Origin: Gemmatimonadales bacterium
GTDB lineage: Bacteria; Gemmatimonadota; Gemmatimonadetes; Gemmatimonadales; GWC2-71-9
Direction of reading: 5' to 3'
Assembly: GCA_036555275.1 (NCBI GenBank)
Contig: DATBLR010000073.1
Location: 1,079 to 65,078 of the forward strand
DNA: 64,000 bases
How positions within the stretch are numbered: position 1 is the stretch's first letter; every line of letters begins with the position of its first letter. The position numbers were made by a program, and so were the translations under genes. The notes under the pieces are model-generated. The model was not told the origin of the DNA. It did not search any database and saw only the letters and a list, made by a program, of their open reading frames with translations. Below are positions 16,995 through 24,250 of this stretch, piece by piece.

Positions 16995-17726
16995 ATGACG
17001 CCGATGCGACTGTACGTGAACATCGATCACGTCGCCACCGTGCGACAGGCGCGCCGGACCGACGAGCCCGATCCGGTCGACGCCGCGCTGCTGGCGGAAG
17101 CCAGTGGAGCCGACGGTATCACGGTTCATTTGCGCGAAGATCGTCGCCACATTCAGGACCACGACGTCGCCCGACTCGCGCCGCGACTGCAGACTGTGTT
17201 GAATCTCGAGCTCGCGACCAGCGAGGAGATCGTCGCCCTGGCCTGCCGCCTCCGCCCTCATCAGTGCACCCTGGTTCCGGAGCGGCGGGAGGAAGTGACC
17301 ACCGAAGGTGGGCTGGATCTCACCCAGAACCTGCCCCGCCTCCGCGATACCATCGCCCGCCTGCGCGATGCGGGCATTCGGGTGAGCCTGTTCATTGACC
17401 CGACCCGGGAGAGTGTCGAGCGATCCCAGGCTCTCGGCGTGCCCGCCGTGGAGCTGCACACCGGGCGATATGCCCATGCCTGGCCCCAGGCCACCGCGGC
17501 GCTGGAAGAGCTGGCAAGTACGGCCCGTTACGCGGGCGCAGTCGGGCTCGCGGTACACGCCGGTCATGGCCTGACGTACCGCAATGTCACCGCCGTCGCC
17601 GCCGTGCCGGAGATCGAGGAGCTGAACATCGGCCACACGATCGTCAGCCGCTCGGTGATGGTGGGGTTCGGGACTGCGGTCACCGAGATGCGGGGCCTGA
17701 TAGATGCCGCCCGTGCCACGATTTGA
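16995..17726 (+). CDS. pdxJ: Pyridoxine 5'-phosphate synthase
   Basis: [25 protein letters not shown]...[16 protein letters not shown]...ELHTGRYA...VHAGHGLTY...ELNIGH are canonical PdxJ motifs. A GGAG lies 6 nt upstream of the ATG at 16995. Confidence 0.92.
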   Translation: MTPMRLYVNIDHVATVRQARRTDEPDPVDAALLAEASGADGITVHLREDRRHIQDHDVARLAPRLQTVLNLELATSEEIVALACRLRPHQCTLVPERREEVTTEGGLDLTQNLPRLRDTIARLRDAGIRVSLFIDPTRESVERSQALGVPAVELHTGRYAHAWPQATAALEELASTARYAGAVGLAVHAGHGLTYRNVTAVAAVPEIEELNIGHTIVSRSVMVGFGTAVTEMRGLIDAARATI

Positions 17727-17795
17727 CCCCTGCCAGGTCCTGTCCTACACTAGATTAGAACCGTTCCCAACAGAGAGATCCGTTCGCGGCGGCGC

Positions 17796-19583
17796 ATGAC
17801 CCAACCACTCGGGGTAGACGACTTCTTCGCGCTGGAGGCGGGCGAGTATCTGGACCGGCTCGCCGGGCTGGCGGCGGGCCCGACGCCACCGAGCGCCGAA
17901 GAGCTGGTCCGTTTCACTCGCGCGCTCCGCGGGAGCGCGCTCATGGCCAACCAGCAGGCCATCGCCCGGGCGACCGGCAGCCTCGAGCATGTGGTTCGCA
18001 GCTATCGCGACGGGCGCCGGACCTGGGATGGCGAGCTGGCCGCCCTGGTCCGCGAGGCGGCCGACGTGCTTCGCACGCTGGTGGAGCGGGCCCGCAACTG
18101 GACCCCCGAGGATGGGGCGAGGGCCGAGCGGCTAGCCCTGCACCTGGAACGCTCGATCGGCGGCGCGCCCCGACCGAGCGCCGGGGCGGCGACGCCCCGG
18201 TCCGACGCGGGAGTCCGCGCCTTCGTGGCTCGCGAGGCCGCGGCGCTGAGCAGTGTCCTCGACCAGGCCGCCCGGACCATGCAGTCAGGCACTGTGTCCG
18301 CCGAGACGGTTCAGGGGGTGCTCCGTCGCATGCAGCCGCTCCGCGGTCTCGCCGCGCTGACCGATTTCCCCCCGCTCCCGGATCTGCTGGAGGGCATCGA
18401 GCGAACGGTGACGGGAGTCGGTCGCCTCGAGCTGCCGGCCGCGGAAGGCGCCACCCGCCTGGATGCCGCGACCGCCGGCCTCTCCCGGGCGGCACGCGAC
18501 ATCGCCGAACACGGCAGGCCCGACCCCGATGCGGTCGAGTTCAGGCAGTTCGCCGACCTGTTGCTGGCCACCCCCGAGGAGACACCGATCGTCGCCATCG
18601 AATCGCTCTTCTTCGAGGATGGCGATGGAATCATTCAGGAGGGCGCCCCTCCGCGCTCCGCGGCGGCGACCTCCTTTGGCGCCGCGGCCGTAGTGAGCCG
18701 TGGAGAGCACCTCTGCCAGGCCGCCGACGAAATCATCGCGGCCTCCTCGATGGCTCAGCGCCACCTGCGGCTCCATGTCCTGGGGGGCGACCTGCGGACC
18801 CTGTCCGCCGGCCTTCCGTTCGGGCTCGAGATCGCGGTTGAAGCCTTCGCCGCGGCGGCCCAGGCCGCCGTCGTGCGCGGCACAGCGGTGAACCTGTCGG
18901 CGGAGTACGCCGATCTCATCCGCGAGGCGGGCAGCCGATTGCGAGGCTTCACCGAGGTCACTCAGCCCGCCACCCTGGCCGCCATGTTTGAAGACCTGAC
19001 CGCGGCCATGGATCGGCTGGGAACGGAGCCCGCGCCGACGCCGGCCGCCGCCAGTCGCTTTGAAGCCGCGCCCGTCGCGTCCCCGCCGAGCCTGACGGTC
19101 GGCGTCGACGACGACGTGGTTCCGATCGAGTCGCTCGCTCCAGCGGAGGTCACCCCCGGCCCCGACCTCCCCTATCTGCAGGTGGGCGAGCGCCTCCCCG
19201 CCGAGGATGAAGAGCCCGAAGCCGAGGTCGTCCCGATCGAGTGGCTGGCACCGGACGGGCCGGCAGAGGCCGCGGTCGTGGAAGTGGCGTCCAGCGGCTG
19301 GGATCTCGCAGCGAGTTACGCGCGGTTCGAGGCCCTGCTGGTGAGCGGCGACGGCGGCACGATCGCCGCACCCGCCCCGCGCCCCGCGGTCGCGCCGGTC
19401 GCGCCGGAACTGCCGCTGGTCGAGATCGAGGAGTTGCTCTACCACGGCCGCGCCGCCCTCCAGCGCGCCGACGAGCTTCGGCGGGTGATCCGCTCGGCCA
19501 TTTCGGCCGAGCAGCCCATGAGCGCCATCCGGCCGCTTGTGGACGAGCTGCTCGACCTGGTCGAGCTGGCCGTCGCCGACTGA
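17796..19583 (+). CDS. Ala-rich hypothetical protein with degenerate Hpt-like N-terminal domain
   Basis: 595 aa. The N-terminus (DDFFALEAGEYLDRL...LVRFTRALRGSALMANQQAIARATGSLEHVV) resembles the CheA-type Hpt four-helix bundle, with Arg where the phospho-His should be. The rest is Ala/Glu/Pro-rich with an acidic linker. Confidence 0.6.
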   Translation: MTQPLGVDDFFALEAGEYLDRLAGLAAGPTPPSAEELVRFTRALRGSALMANQQAIARATGSLEHVVRSYRDGRRTWDGELAALVREAADVLRTLVERARNWTPEDGARAERLALHLERSIGGAPRPSAGAATPRSDAGVRAFVAREAAALSSVLDQAARTMQSGTVSAETVQGVLRRMQPLRGLAALTDFPPLPDLLEGIERTVTGVGRLELPAAEGATRLDAATAGLSRAARDIAEHGRPDPDAVEFRQFADLLLATPEETPIVAIESLFFEDGDGIIQEGAPPRSAAATSFGAAAVVSRGEHLCQAADEIIAASSMAQRHLRLHVLGGDLRTLSAGLPFGLEIAVEAFAAAAQAAVVRGTAVNLSAEYADLIREAGSRLRGFTEVTQPATLAAMFEDLTAAMDRLGTEPAPTPAAASRFEAAPVASPPSLTVGVDDDVVPIESLAPAEVTPGPDLPYLQVGERLPAEDEEPEAEVVPIEWLAPDGPAEAAVVEVASSGWDLAASYARFEALLVSGDGGTIAAPAPRPAVAPVAPELPLVEIEELLYHGRAALQRADELRRVIRSAISAEQPMSAIRPLVDELLDLVELAVAD

Positions 19584-19589
19584 CGTCCC

Positions 19590-20603
19590 TTGACGTCCCT
19601 TCCTCCCCGGCGCCCACCGGTCTGGCAGCTCCTGCTCGGGATCGCCATTTCGGCGGTTCTGCTCTACGCCGCTCTCCGCGGCATTCAGTTCTCCGAGGTA
19701 TTGGCGCATGTGCGGACGGCCCGGCTCCTGCCGATGGTCGTCGCCATCATCCTCGCGACCTGCACCTTCGTGGTCCGGATCTTCCGCTGGCAGCTCCTGC
19801 TTCGAGGGGACGATGGCCGGCGGCTCCACGCCGCCCCCTTGTGGCATGCGATTGCCATGGGGTTCATGGCCAACAACGTGCTCCCGCTCCGGGTAGGCGA
19901 ACTGGTGCGGATCCTGGCGGCGGCCCGGCTCACGGACACCCGGTTCACGGCGGTGCTCGCTTCGATTGCCGTCGAACGACTGTTCGACGCGATCACCGTC
20001 GTGGGCCTGCTCGCGCTCGGACTCTTCACCACCACTCTGCCGGCCGGCGGGCTCTCGACCAAGATGGCCAACATCGCCACCTACGGCGGTGTGGCTGCGC
20101 TTGCCGGGCTGCTGGTCGCCGGGCTGGTAGTGGCGTTCCCGCTCGCCGCCGAGCGGGTGATTCGCGCGGTGGTGCCTCCCGGCAGGCTGGCCACCCGGCT
20201 GGTGGGCCTCATCGAAGGAGTCCGACAGGGACTGTGGGTGCTCAGCTCGCCCGTCAAGGTGATCGGGGCCGTGCTCTGGTCCCTCACCCTGTGGGGGATC
20301 TCGGCCCTGTCCTTCTACGTGATGTTCGCCGCGTTCGGCATCGAGGTGAATTTCTCCGGGACCCTGCTGATGCAGGGTCTGATCATGTTCGGCATCTCCC
20401 TTCCCTCGACGCCCGGGTACGTTGGCGCCTTCGAATTCCCGATCATCGAAATCCTCACCCTCTATGGCGCCGACCGAAACCTCGCCGCCGCGTACGCGCT
20501 TACCTATCACGTGACGACGTTCCTGCCCATCACCCTCCTCGGTGCGTGGTCGGTGGTGCGCACCAACCTGGGCCTCACTGCCCTCCGCCGGAACGAACCA
20601 TGA
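19590..20603 (+). CDS. UPF0104 / lysylphosphatidylglycerol-synthase-TM-region family membrane protein (flippase-like)
   Basis: 337 aa with about 8 TM helices. VVRIFRWQLLL and MGFMANNVLPLRVGELVR are typical of the LPG_synthase_TM/UPF0104 family. It has a TTG start, and its stop overlaps the ispE start (ATGA). Confidence 0.75.
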   Translation: MTSLPPRRPPVWQLLLGIAISAVLLYAALRGIQFSEVLAHVRTARLLPMVVAIILATCTFVVRIFRWQLLLRGDDGRRLHAAPLWHAIAMGFMANNVLPLRVGELVRILAAARLTDTRFTAVLASIAVERLFDAITVVGLLALGLFTTTLPAGGLSTKMANIATYGGVAALAGLLVAGLVVAFPLAAERVIRAVVPPGRLATRLVGLIEGVRQGLWVLSSPVKVIGAVLWSLTLWGISALSFYVMFAAFGIEVNFSGTLLMQGLIMFGISLPSTPGYVGAFEFPIIEILTLYGADRNLAAAYALTYHVTTFLPITLLGAWSVVRTNLGLTALRRNEP

Positions 20604-21493
20604 TCGCCGCGGTCGAAGGCACCGCCCACGCCAAGTTCAACCTGTTCCTGCGGGTCCTGGCGCGGGAGGCGGACGGCTTCCATGGCTTGGAGACGCTGTT
20701 CTGCCTGGTGAGCCTCTCCGACACCCTGCGCGCTGAGCGCACCGATGACGGCGGCGTATCGCTGAAGGTGAGTGGCGCCGACTGCGGACCACCGGAACAG
20801 AACCTCGCGGTGCGTGCCACCGAAATGGTGCTCGCGGCGACCGGCCGGAAGTTCGGCATCCGCCTGACGCTCGCCAAGCGGATCCCGGTTCGCTCCGGGC
20901 TAGGAGGTGGGTCGAGTGACGCGGCCGTTGCCCTGCTCGCGGCAAACCGGCTGGCCGGCGACGTGATCCCAAAGCACGAACTGCTGCAGTTCGCCGCCCG
21001 GCTGGGGAGCGATGTTCCGTTCTTTGTCAGCGGCGGGCCGCTGGCCCTGGCCTGGGGTCATGGGGAAAGGATGCTCCGGCTGCCCCCGCTCCCGGCGGCT
21101 CCGGCCCTCTTGCTGGTACCGTCGCGAGGCGTTGCCACACCGGAGGCCTACGCGATGGTGGACGCAGCTCGCCAGGGAATTGGCAAGCGTGGGGCCGTGG
21201 CGTTCGAGCCGGGTGCTCTCGCCAGCTGGGGAAGTATCGCGCGGCTGGCCGGAAACGACTTCGAATCCGCGCTGTTCGGCCGACACGCCGAACTCAAGCA
21301 GGCATTCGTGGCCCTGGCGGGCACCCATCCACTCCTGTGCCGGATGACCGGGTCCGGTTCCAGCCTGTTCGCGGTGTACCGCACCGGTGCCGACCGCAAA
21401 GACGCCCGGATGATGCTGGGCTCGAAACACGGCGCGCTCCACCAAGTCGAGACCCTGGCCATCGAACCGGCGGGCCCGGAGGCCGTCGCCTAG
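20600..21493 (+). CDS. ispE: 4-diphosphocytidyl-2-C-methyl-D-erythritol kinase
   Basis: AKFNLFLRVL...KRIPVRSGLGGGSSDAAVALLAANRL carries the GHMP kinase motif. The conserved position upstream of tRNA-Gln and prs supports the call. The ATG at 20600 forms an ATGA overlap. Confidence 0.9.
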   Translation: MIAAVEGTAHAKFNLFLRVLAREADGFHGLETLFCLVSLSDTLRAERTDDGGVSLKVSGADCGPPEQNLAVRATEMVLAATGRKFGIRLTLAKRIPVRSGLGGGSSDAAVALLAANRLAGDVIPKHELLQFAARLGSDVPFFVSGGPLALAWGHGERMLRLPPLPAAPALLLVPSRGVATPEAYAMVDAARQGIGKRGAVAFEPGALASWGSIARLAGNDFESALFGRHAELKQAFVALAGTHPLLCRMTGSGSSLFAVYRTGADRKDARMMLGSKHGALHQVETLAIEPAGPEAVA

Positions 21494-21537
21494 ACGCATC
21501 CGCGACTGGCGGCGGTCATCGTTCGCGCCGCTCACCT

Positions 21538-21566
21538 TTCACCGTCGCCCACACTCCCCTTAGCTT
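21538..21566 (+). promoter_or_regulatory. Candidate sigma70-type promoter for tRNA-Gln
   Basis: TTCACC (21538..21543), a 17-nt spacer, then TAGCTT (21561..21566). The -10 box ends 9 nt before the mature tRNA 5' end. This is pattern matching only. Confidence 0.3.
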
Positions 21567-21575
21567 TGGGCAACC

Positions 21576-21646
21576 TGGCCCCTCGTCCAATGGCAGGACA
21601 TCGGACTTTGGATCCGAGAATGGTGGTTCGAATCCACCGGGGCCAA
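21576..21646 (+). tRNA. tRNA-Gln (anticodon TTG)
   Basis: I folded the cloverleaf by hand. The acceptor stem is tggcccc/ggggcca, the D stem gtcc/ggac, and the anticodon stem tcgga/tccga with loop cTTTGGa (anticodon UUG). The T arm is ggtgg-ttcgaat-ccacc and the discriminator is A. CCA is not encoded. Confidence 0.9.
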
Positions 21647-21647
21647 T

Positions 21648-21832
21648 GGGATTGGGGGATTGAGAGATTGAGAGATTGAACGATCCTCCAAGAGATCTTG
21701 GCGGTTCAGCCGGTGCGGCGGTAGCTCAACTCCACAATGGCATTCCAGCAGCCCGCACTCCGCAATCGCTCATTCCCCCAATCCCCCAATCCATCAATCC
21801 CCCAATCCCCCATTCCCCAATCCCGCCATTCC
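21648..21832. repeat. Inverted pair of GGGGATTG-type 7-8 nt tandem repeats (element C)
   Basis: The left arm (21648..21678) reads gggattg ggggattg agagattg agagattg. The right arm (21762..21832) has about 9 units of caatcccc/cattcccc, the complement. The spacer is about 83 nt. The element starts 2 nt after the tRNA-Gln 3' end. Confidence 0.9.
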
Positions 21833-21835
21833 TCG

Positions 21836-21864
21836 TTGACCTAACCTCTGCCCGCCGTTATGTT
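21836..21864 (+). promoter_or_regulatory. Candidate sigma70-type promoter for prs
   Basis: TTGACC (21836..21841), a 17-nt spacer, then TATGTT (21859..21864), immediately after element C. If real, the ATG at 21860 cannot be the prs start. Confidence 0.35.
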
Positions 21865-21904
21865 TGCGGCCCTTGCCATGAGCGAGCTGCTGCAGCGGAG
21901 CCAG

Positions 21905-22828
21905 ATGCTATTGCTCTCCGGTTCGGCCAACCGGCCGCTCTCGGAGGAGGTCGCGGCACATCTGGGGCAGCCGCTCTGTCAATTGACGGTGAAGCGGTTT
22001 TCGGACGGCGAGTTATTCGTCAAGATCGACGAGAATGTGCGTGGCCGGGATGTGTTCGTCATTCAGCCGACGAATCCGCCGGCGGAGAACCTGATCGAGC
22101 TCCTGCTGCTGATTGATGCCGCCCGGCGGGCCAGCGCGGCGCGCATCACGGCCGTGATCCCGTATTTCGGGTACGCCCGCCAGGACCGGAAGGACCAGCC
22201 GCGCGTCGCGATCAGTGCGAAGCTCATGGCAAACATGATTCCGGTGGCTGGCGCCGACCGGGTGCTGGGGATGGATTTCCACTCGCACCAGATGCAGGGG
22301 TTCTTCGATCTCCCGGTGGACCACCTGTACGCCGCGCCGGTGTTCGTGAACCACTACCGCCAGAAGTCCCTGCGGGATCTCGTTGTAGTGGCCTCGGACG
22401 TCGGCGGTGCCAAGATGGCCAGGGGCTTCGCCAAACGGCTGAACGCCTCGCTGGCGATCATTGACAAGCGGCGGCCCTCCGCGAATGTGGCCGAAGTCGT
22501 GAACGTGGTTGGCGAGGTCCGCGGAAAGGACTGCATCGTCCCCGATGACATGATCGACACCGGGGGAACCATGTCCGAGGCGATTCACGCCCTGAAGCGG
22601 CTGGGCGCCGAGGACATCTACTGCTGTGCGACCCACGGACTCCTGTCCGGGCCGGCGGTGGACCGTCTGAACAACAGCCCGGTGACCGAAGTGGCGGTCA
22701 CCAACACCCTCAACCTTCCGCCGGAGCGAAGGTTCGCGAAGCTGAAGATCCTGTCGATCGCGCCACTGCTTGCGAAGGCGATCGGCTACACCCACAGCGA
22801 CCAGTCGGTCAGCTCGCTGTTCGATTGA
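21905..22828 (+). CDS. prs: Ribose-phosphate pyrophosphokinase
   Basis: LLSGSANRPLSEEVAAHLG...KRFSDGELFVKIDENVRGRDVFVIQ...GYARQDRK...DLHSHQ-like MDFHSHQMQGFF...DDMIDTGGT are canonical Prs motifs. I prefer the ATG at 21905 (GGAG 4 nt upstream). In-frame ATGs at 21860 and 21878 remain possible. Confidence 0.9.
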   Translation: MLLLSGSANRPLSEEVAAHLGQPLCQLTVKRFSDGELFVKIDENVRGRDVFVIQPTNPPAENLIELLLLIDAARRASAARITAVIPYFGYARQDRKDQPRVAISAKLMANMIPVAGADRVLGMDFHSHQMQGFFDLPVDHLYAAPVFVNHYRQKSLRDLVVVASDVGGAKMARGFAKRLNASLAIIDKRRPSANVAEVVNVVGEVRGKDCIVPDDMIDTGGTMSEAIHALKRLGAEDIYCCATHGLLSGPAVDRLNNSPVTEVAVTNTLNLPPERRFAKLKILSIAPLLAKAIGYTHSDQSVSSLFD

Positions 22829-22876
22829 AGAGACGGGCGACCCGGCGGGGCGCCCCCAGCCAAGAAGGGCTAGGTC

Positions 22877-23542
22877 ATGGCAAAGCAGGCACTCCTCGAG
22901 GTAGAACGTCGCACCGGGACCGGCAAGGGCGCGGCCCGCTCCCTCCGGCGCTCGGGCAAGGTCCCGGCAGTCATCTACGGTCATAATCGCGCGCCCCAGG
23001 CTCTGGCCGTGGACCATGCGGCGCTGACCCGCCTCCTGTCAGGCATCTCGGCCGGCAGCACCATTCTGGATGTGGCGGTGGACGGCGGGGCCCCGGTGAA
23101 GGCGCTGATTCGTGAGATCCAGCGAAACCCGCTCCGCAACACCGATGTGCTGCACCTGGACCTCTACGAGGTGCGAGCCGACGAGCGGATTAGCCTCGAG
23201 GTACCCGTGCATCTCATCGGCACGGCCGATGGGGTCCGCAATTTCGGTGGGGTGCTCGACCAGGTGATGCACCGGCTTCAGATCCGGGTCTTCCCCGCGG
23301 ACATTCCGGCCAGCGTCGATATCGACGTGACCAACCTGGCGATCGGGAAATCCATTTTTGTCCGTGACGTGCAGCTCGCCAAGGCGGAGGTCCTGAACGA
23401 TCCCAGCCTCCCCGTCTGCTCGGTGGTGGCGCCGCGGACCGAGGAAGCTCCCGCCGCGGTGGTCGCCCCTGAGGCACCCGCGGAGCCGGAGCTCATTCGC
23501 AAGCCGAAGCCGGAAGAGGGCGAGGCCGAAGAGAAGGACTGA
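22877..23542 (+). CDS. rplY: 50S ribosomal protein L25 / general stress protein Ctc
   Basis: GTGKGAARSLRRSGKVPAVIYG...ALIREIQRNPLRNTDVLHLDLYEV is followed by the long Ctc-type C-terminal domain and an acidic tail. It occupies the conserved prs-rplY-pth position. Confidence 0.9.
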   Translation: MAKQALLEVERRTGTGKGAARSLRRSGKVPAVIYGHNRAPQALAVDHAALTRLLSGISAGSTILDVAVDGGAPVKALIREIQRNPLRNTDVLHLDLYEVRADERISLEVPVHLIGTADGVRNFGGVLDQVMHRLQIRVFPADIPASVDIDVTNLAIGKSIFVRDVQLAKAEVLNDPSLPVCSVVAPRTEEAPAAVVAPEAPAEPELIRKPKPEEGEAEEKD

Positions 23543-23544
23543 CC

Positions 23545-24159
23545 CTGCGCGCCATCGTCGGCCTGGGCAACCCGGGTCCGGAGTACGAGAATACCCGGCA
23601 CAACGCCGGGTTTCTCTTGGCCGACCAGCTGGCCCGGCGCTGGAAGCTCCCCCCCTTCAAGCGGGTGCCCGCCTCGCGGGAAACCCGGGGACGGGTGCTG
23701 GGCGAGGAGCTGTGGCTGATCAAGCCGCAGACCTACATGAACCGAAGTGGCGCCGCCCTGGCCTCGCTCCGCTCGCTCGCGGACTTCGATCCCGCCCGCG
23801 ACCTGCTGATCCTTGTGGATGATTTCGCGATTCCGCTGGGCCGCTTCCGGCTCCGCGCCGGCGGGTCGGCGGGCGGGCACAACGGCTTGAAGAGCATCGA
23901 GGGGGCGCTCCGTCGCCAGGACTACTCCCGGATGCGCATCGGGATCGGGCCGCTCCCTCCCGGCTTTGACGACAGTGCCGATTTTGTGCTGGCCGAATTC
24001 GCTCGCGAGGAGCGCGCTCAGTTCACTCAGCTGCTCGAGCCCATGGCGGAAGCAGTGGAGTGCTGGGTGAGCGAAGGGATCGATGCCGCGATGAATCGGT
24101 TCAACCAGAAAGGGGAACGGGGAACGGGGAACGGGGAACGGGGACGTGATGCTGATTGA
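23545..24159 (+). CDS. pth: Peptidyl-tRNA hydrolase (apparent CTG start; 3' end runs into repeat element D)
   Basis: The conserved N-terminus (L)RAIVGLGNPGPEYENTRHNAGF is encoded from 23545, upstream of the first ATG/GTG/TTG (TTG at 23617). This frame opens only at 23473 and contains no canonical start before 23617. AGAAGGA lies 6 nt upstream of the CTG at 23545. The C-terminal 17 aa (QKGERGTGNGERGRDAD) are translated from the heptamer repeat. Confidence 0.85.
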   Translation: MRAIVGLGNPGPEYENTRHNAGFLLADQLARRWKLPPFKRVPASRETRGRVLGEELWLIKPQTYMNRSGAALASLRSLADFDPARDLLILVDDFAIPLGRFRLRAGGSAGGHNGLKSIEGALRRQDYSRMRIGIGPLPPGFDDSADFVLAEFAREERAQFTQLLEPMAEAVECWVSEGIDAAMNRFNQKGERGTGNGERGRDAD

Positions 24160-24240
24160 TCCCCGGATATCGTGAGACCAAAGGGCGAGCCGAGGGCGAG
24201 CCTGTGTGGACCGTTCCCCGTTCCCTTTTCCCCGTTCCCC
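24112..24240. repeat. Inverted pair of GGGGAAC heptamer tandem repeats (element D)
   Basis: The left arm (24112..24146) is four units of ggggaac plus ggggacg. The right arm (24211..24240, ccgttccccgttcccttttccccgttcccc) is its complement. The 64-nt spacer contains the direct repeat agggcgagcc-g-agggcgagcc. The left arm overlaps the pth 3' end, and the right arm ends 10 nt before the ychF ATG. Confidence 0.9.
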
Positions 24241-24250
24241 AGCTCCACGT

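Noticed and set aside
18285-20510. 741-aa minus-strand ORF antisense to the Hpt-like and UPF0104 genes
   Set aside because: Its composition is extremely Gly/Arg/Pro/Asp-rich with no recognisable motif. It lies fully antisense to two ORFs that have family-typical sequences. Long antisense ORFs like this are expected in roughly 70% GC DNA because stop codons are rare.
21576-21860. tRNA-Gln-adjacent repeats as the edge of an integrated genomic island or att site
   Set aside because: The flanking genes (ispE upstream, prs-rplY-pth-ychF downstream) form an uninterrupted, widely conserved housekeeping block. No integrase, transposase or compositional shift is visible, and no direct repeat of the tRNA 3' end was found.
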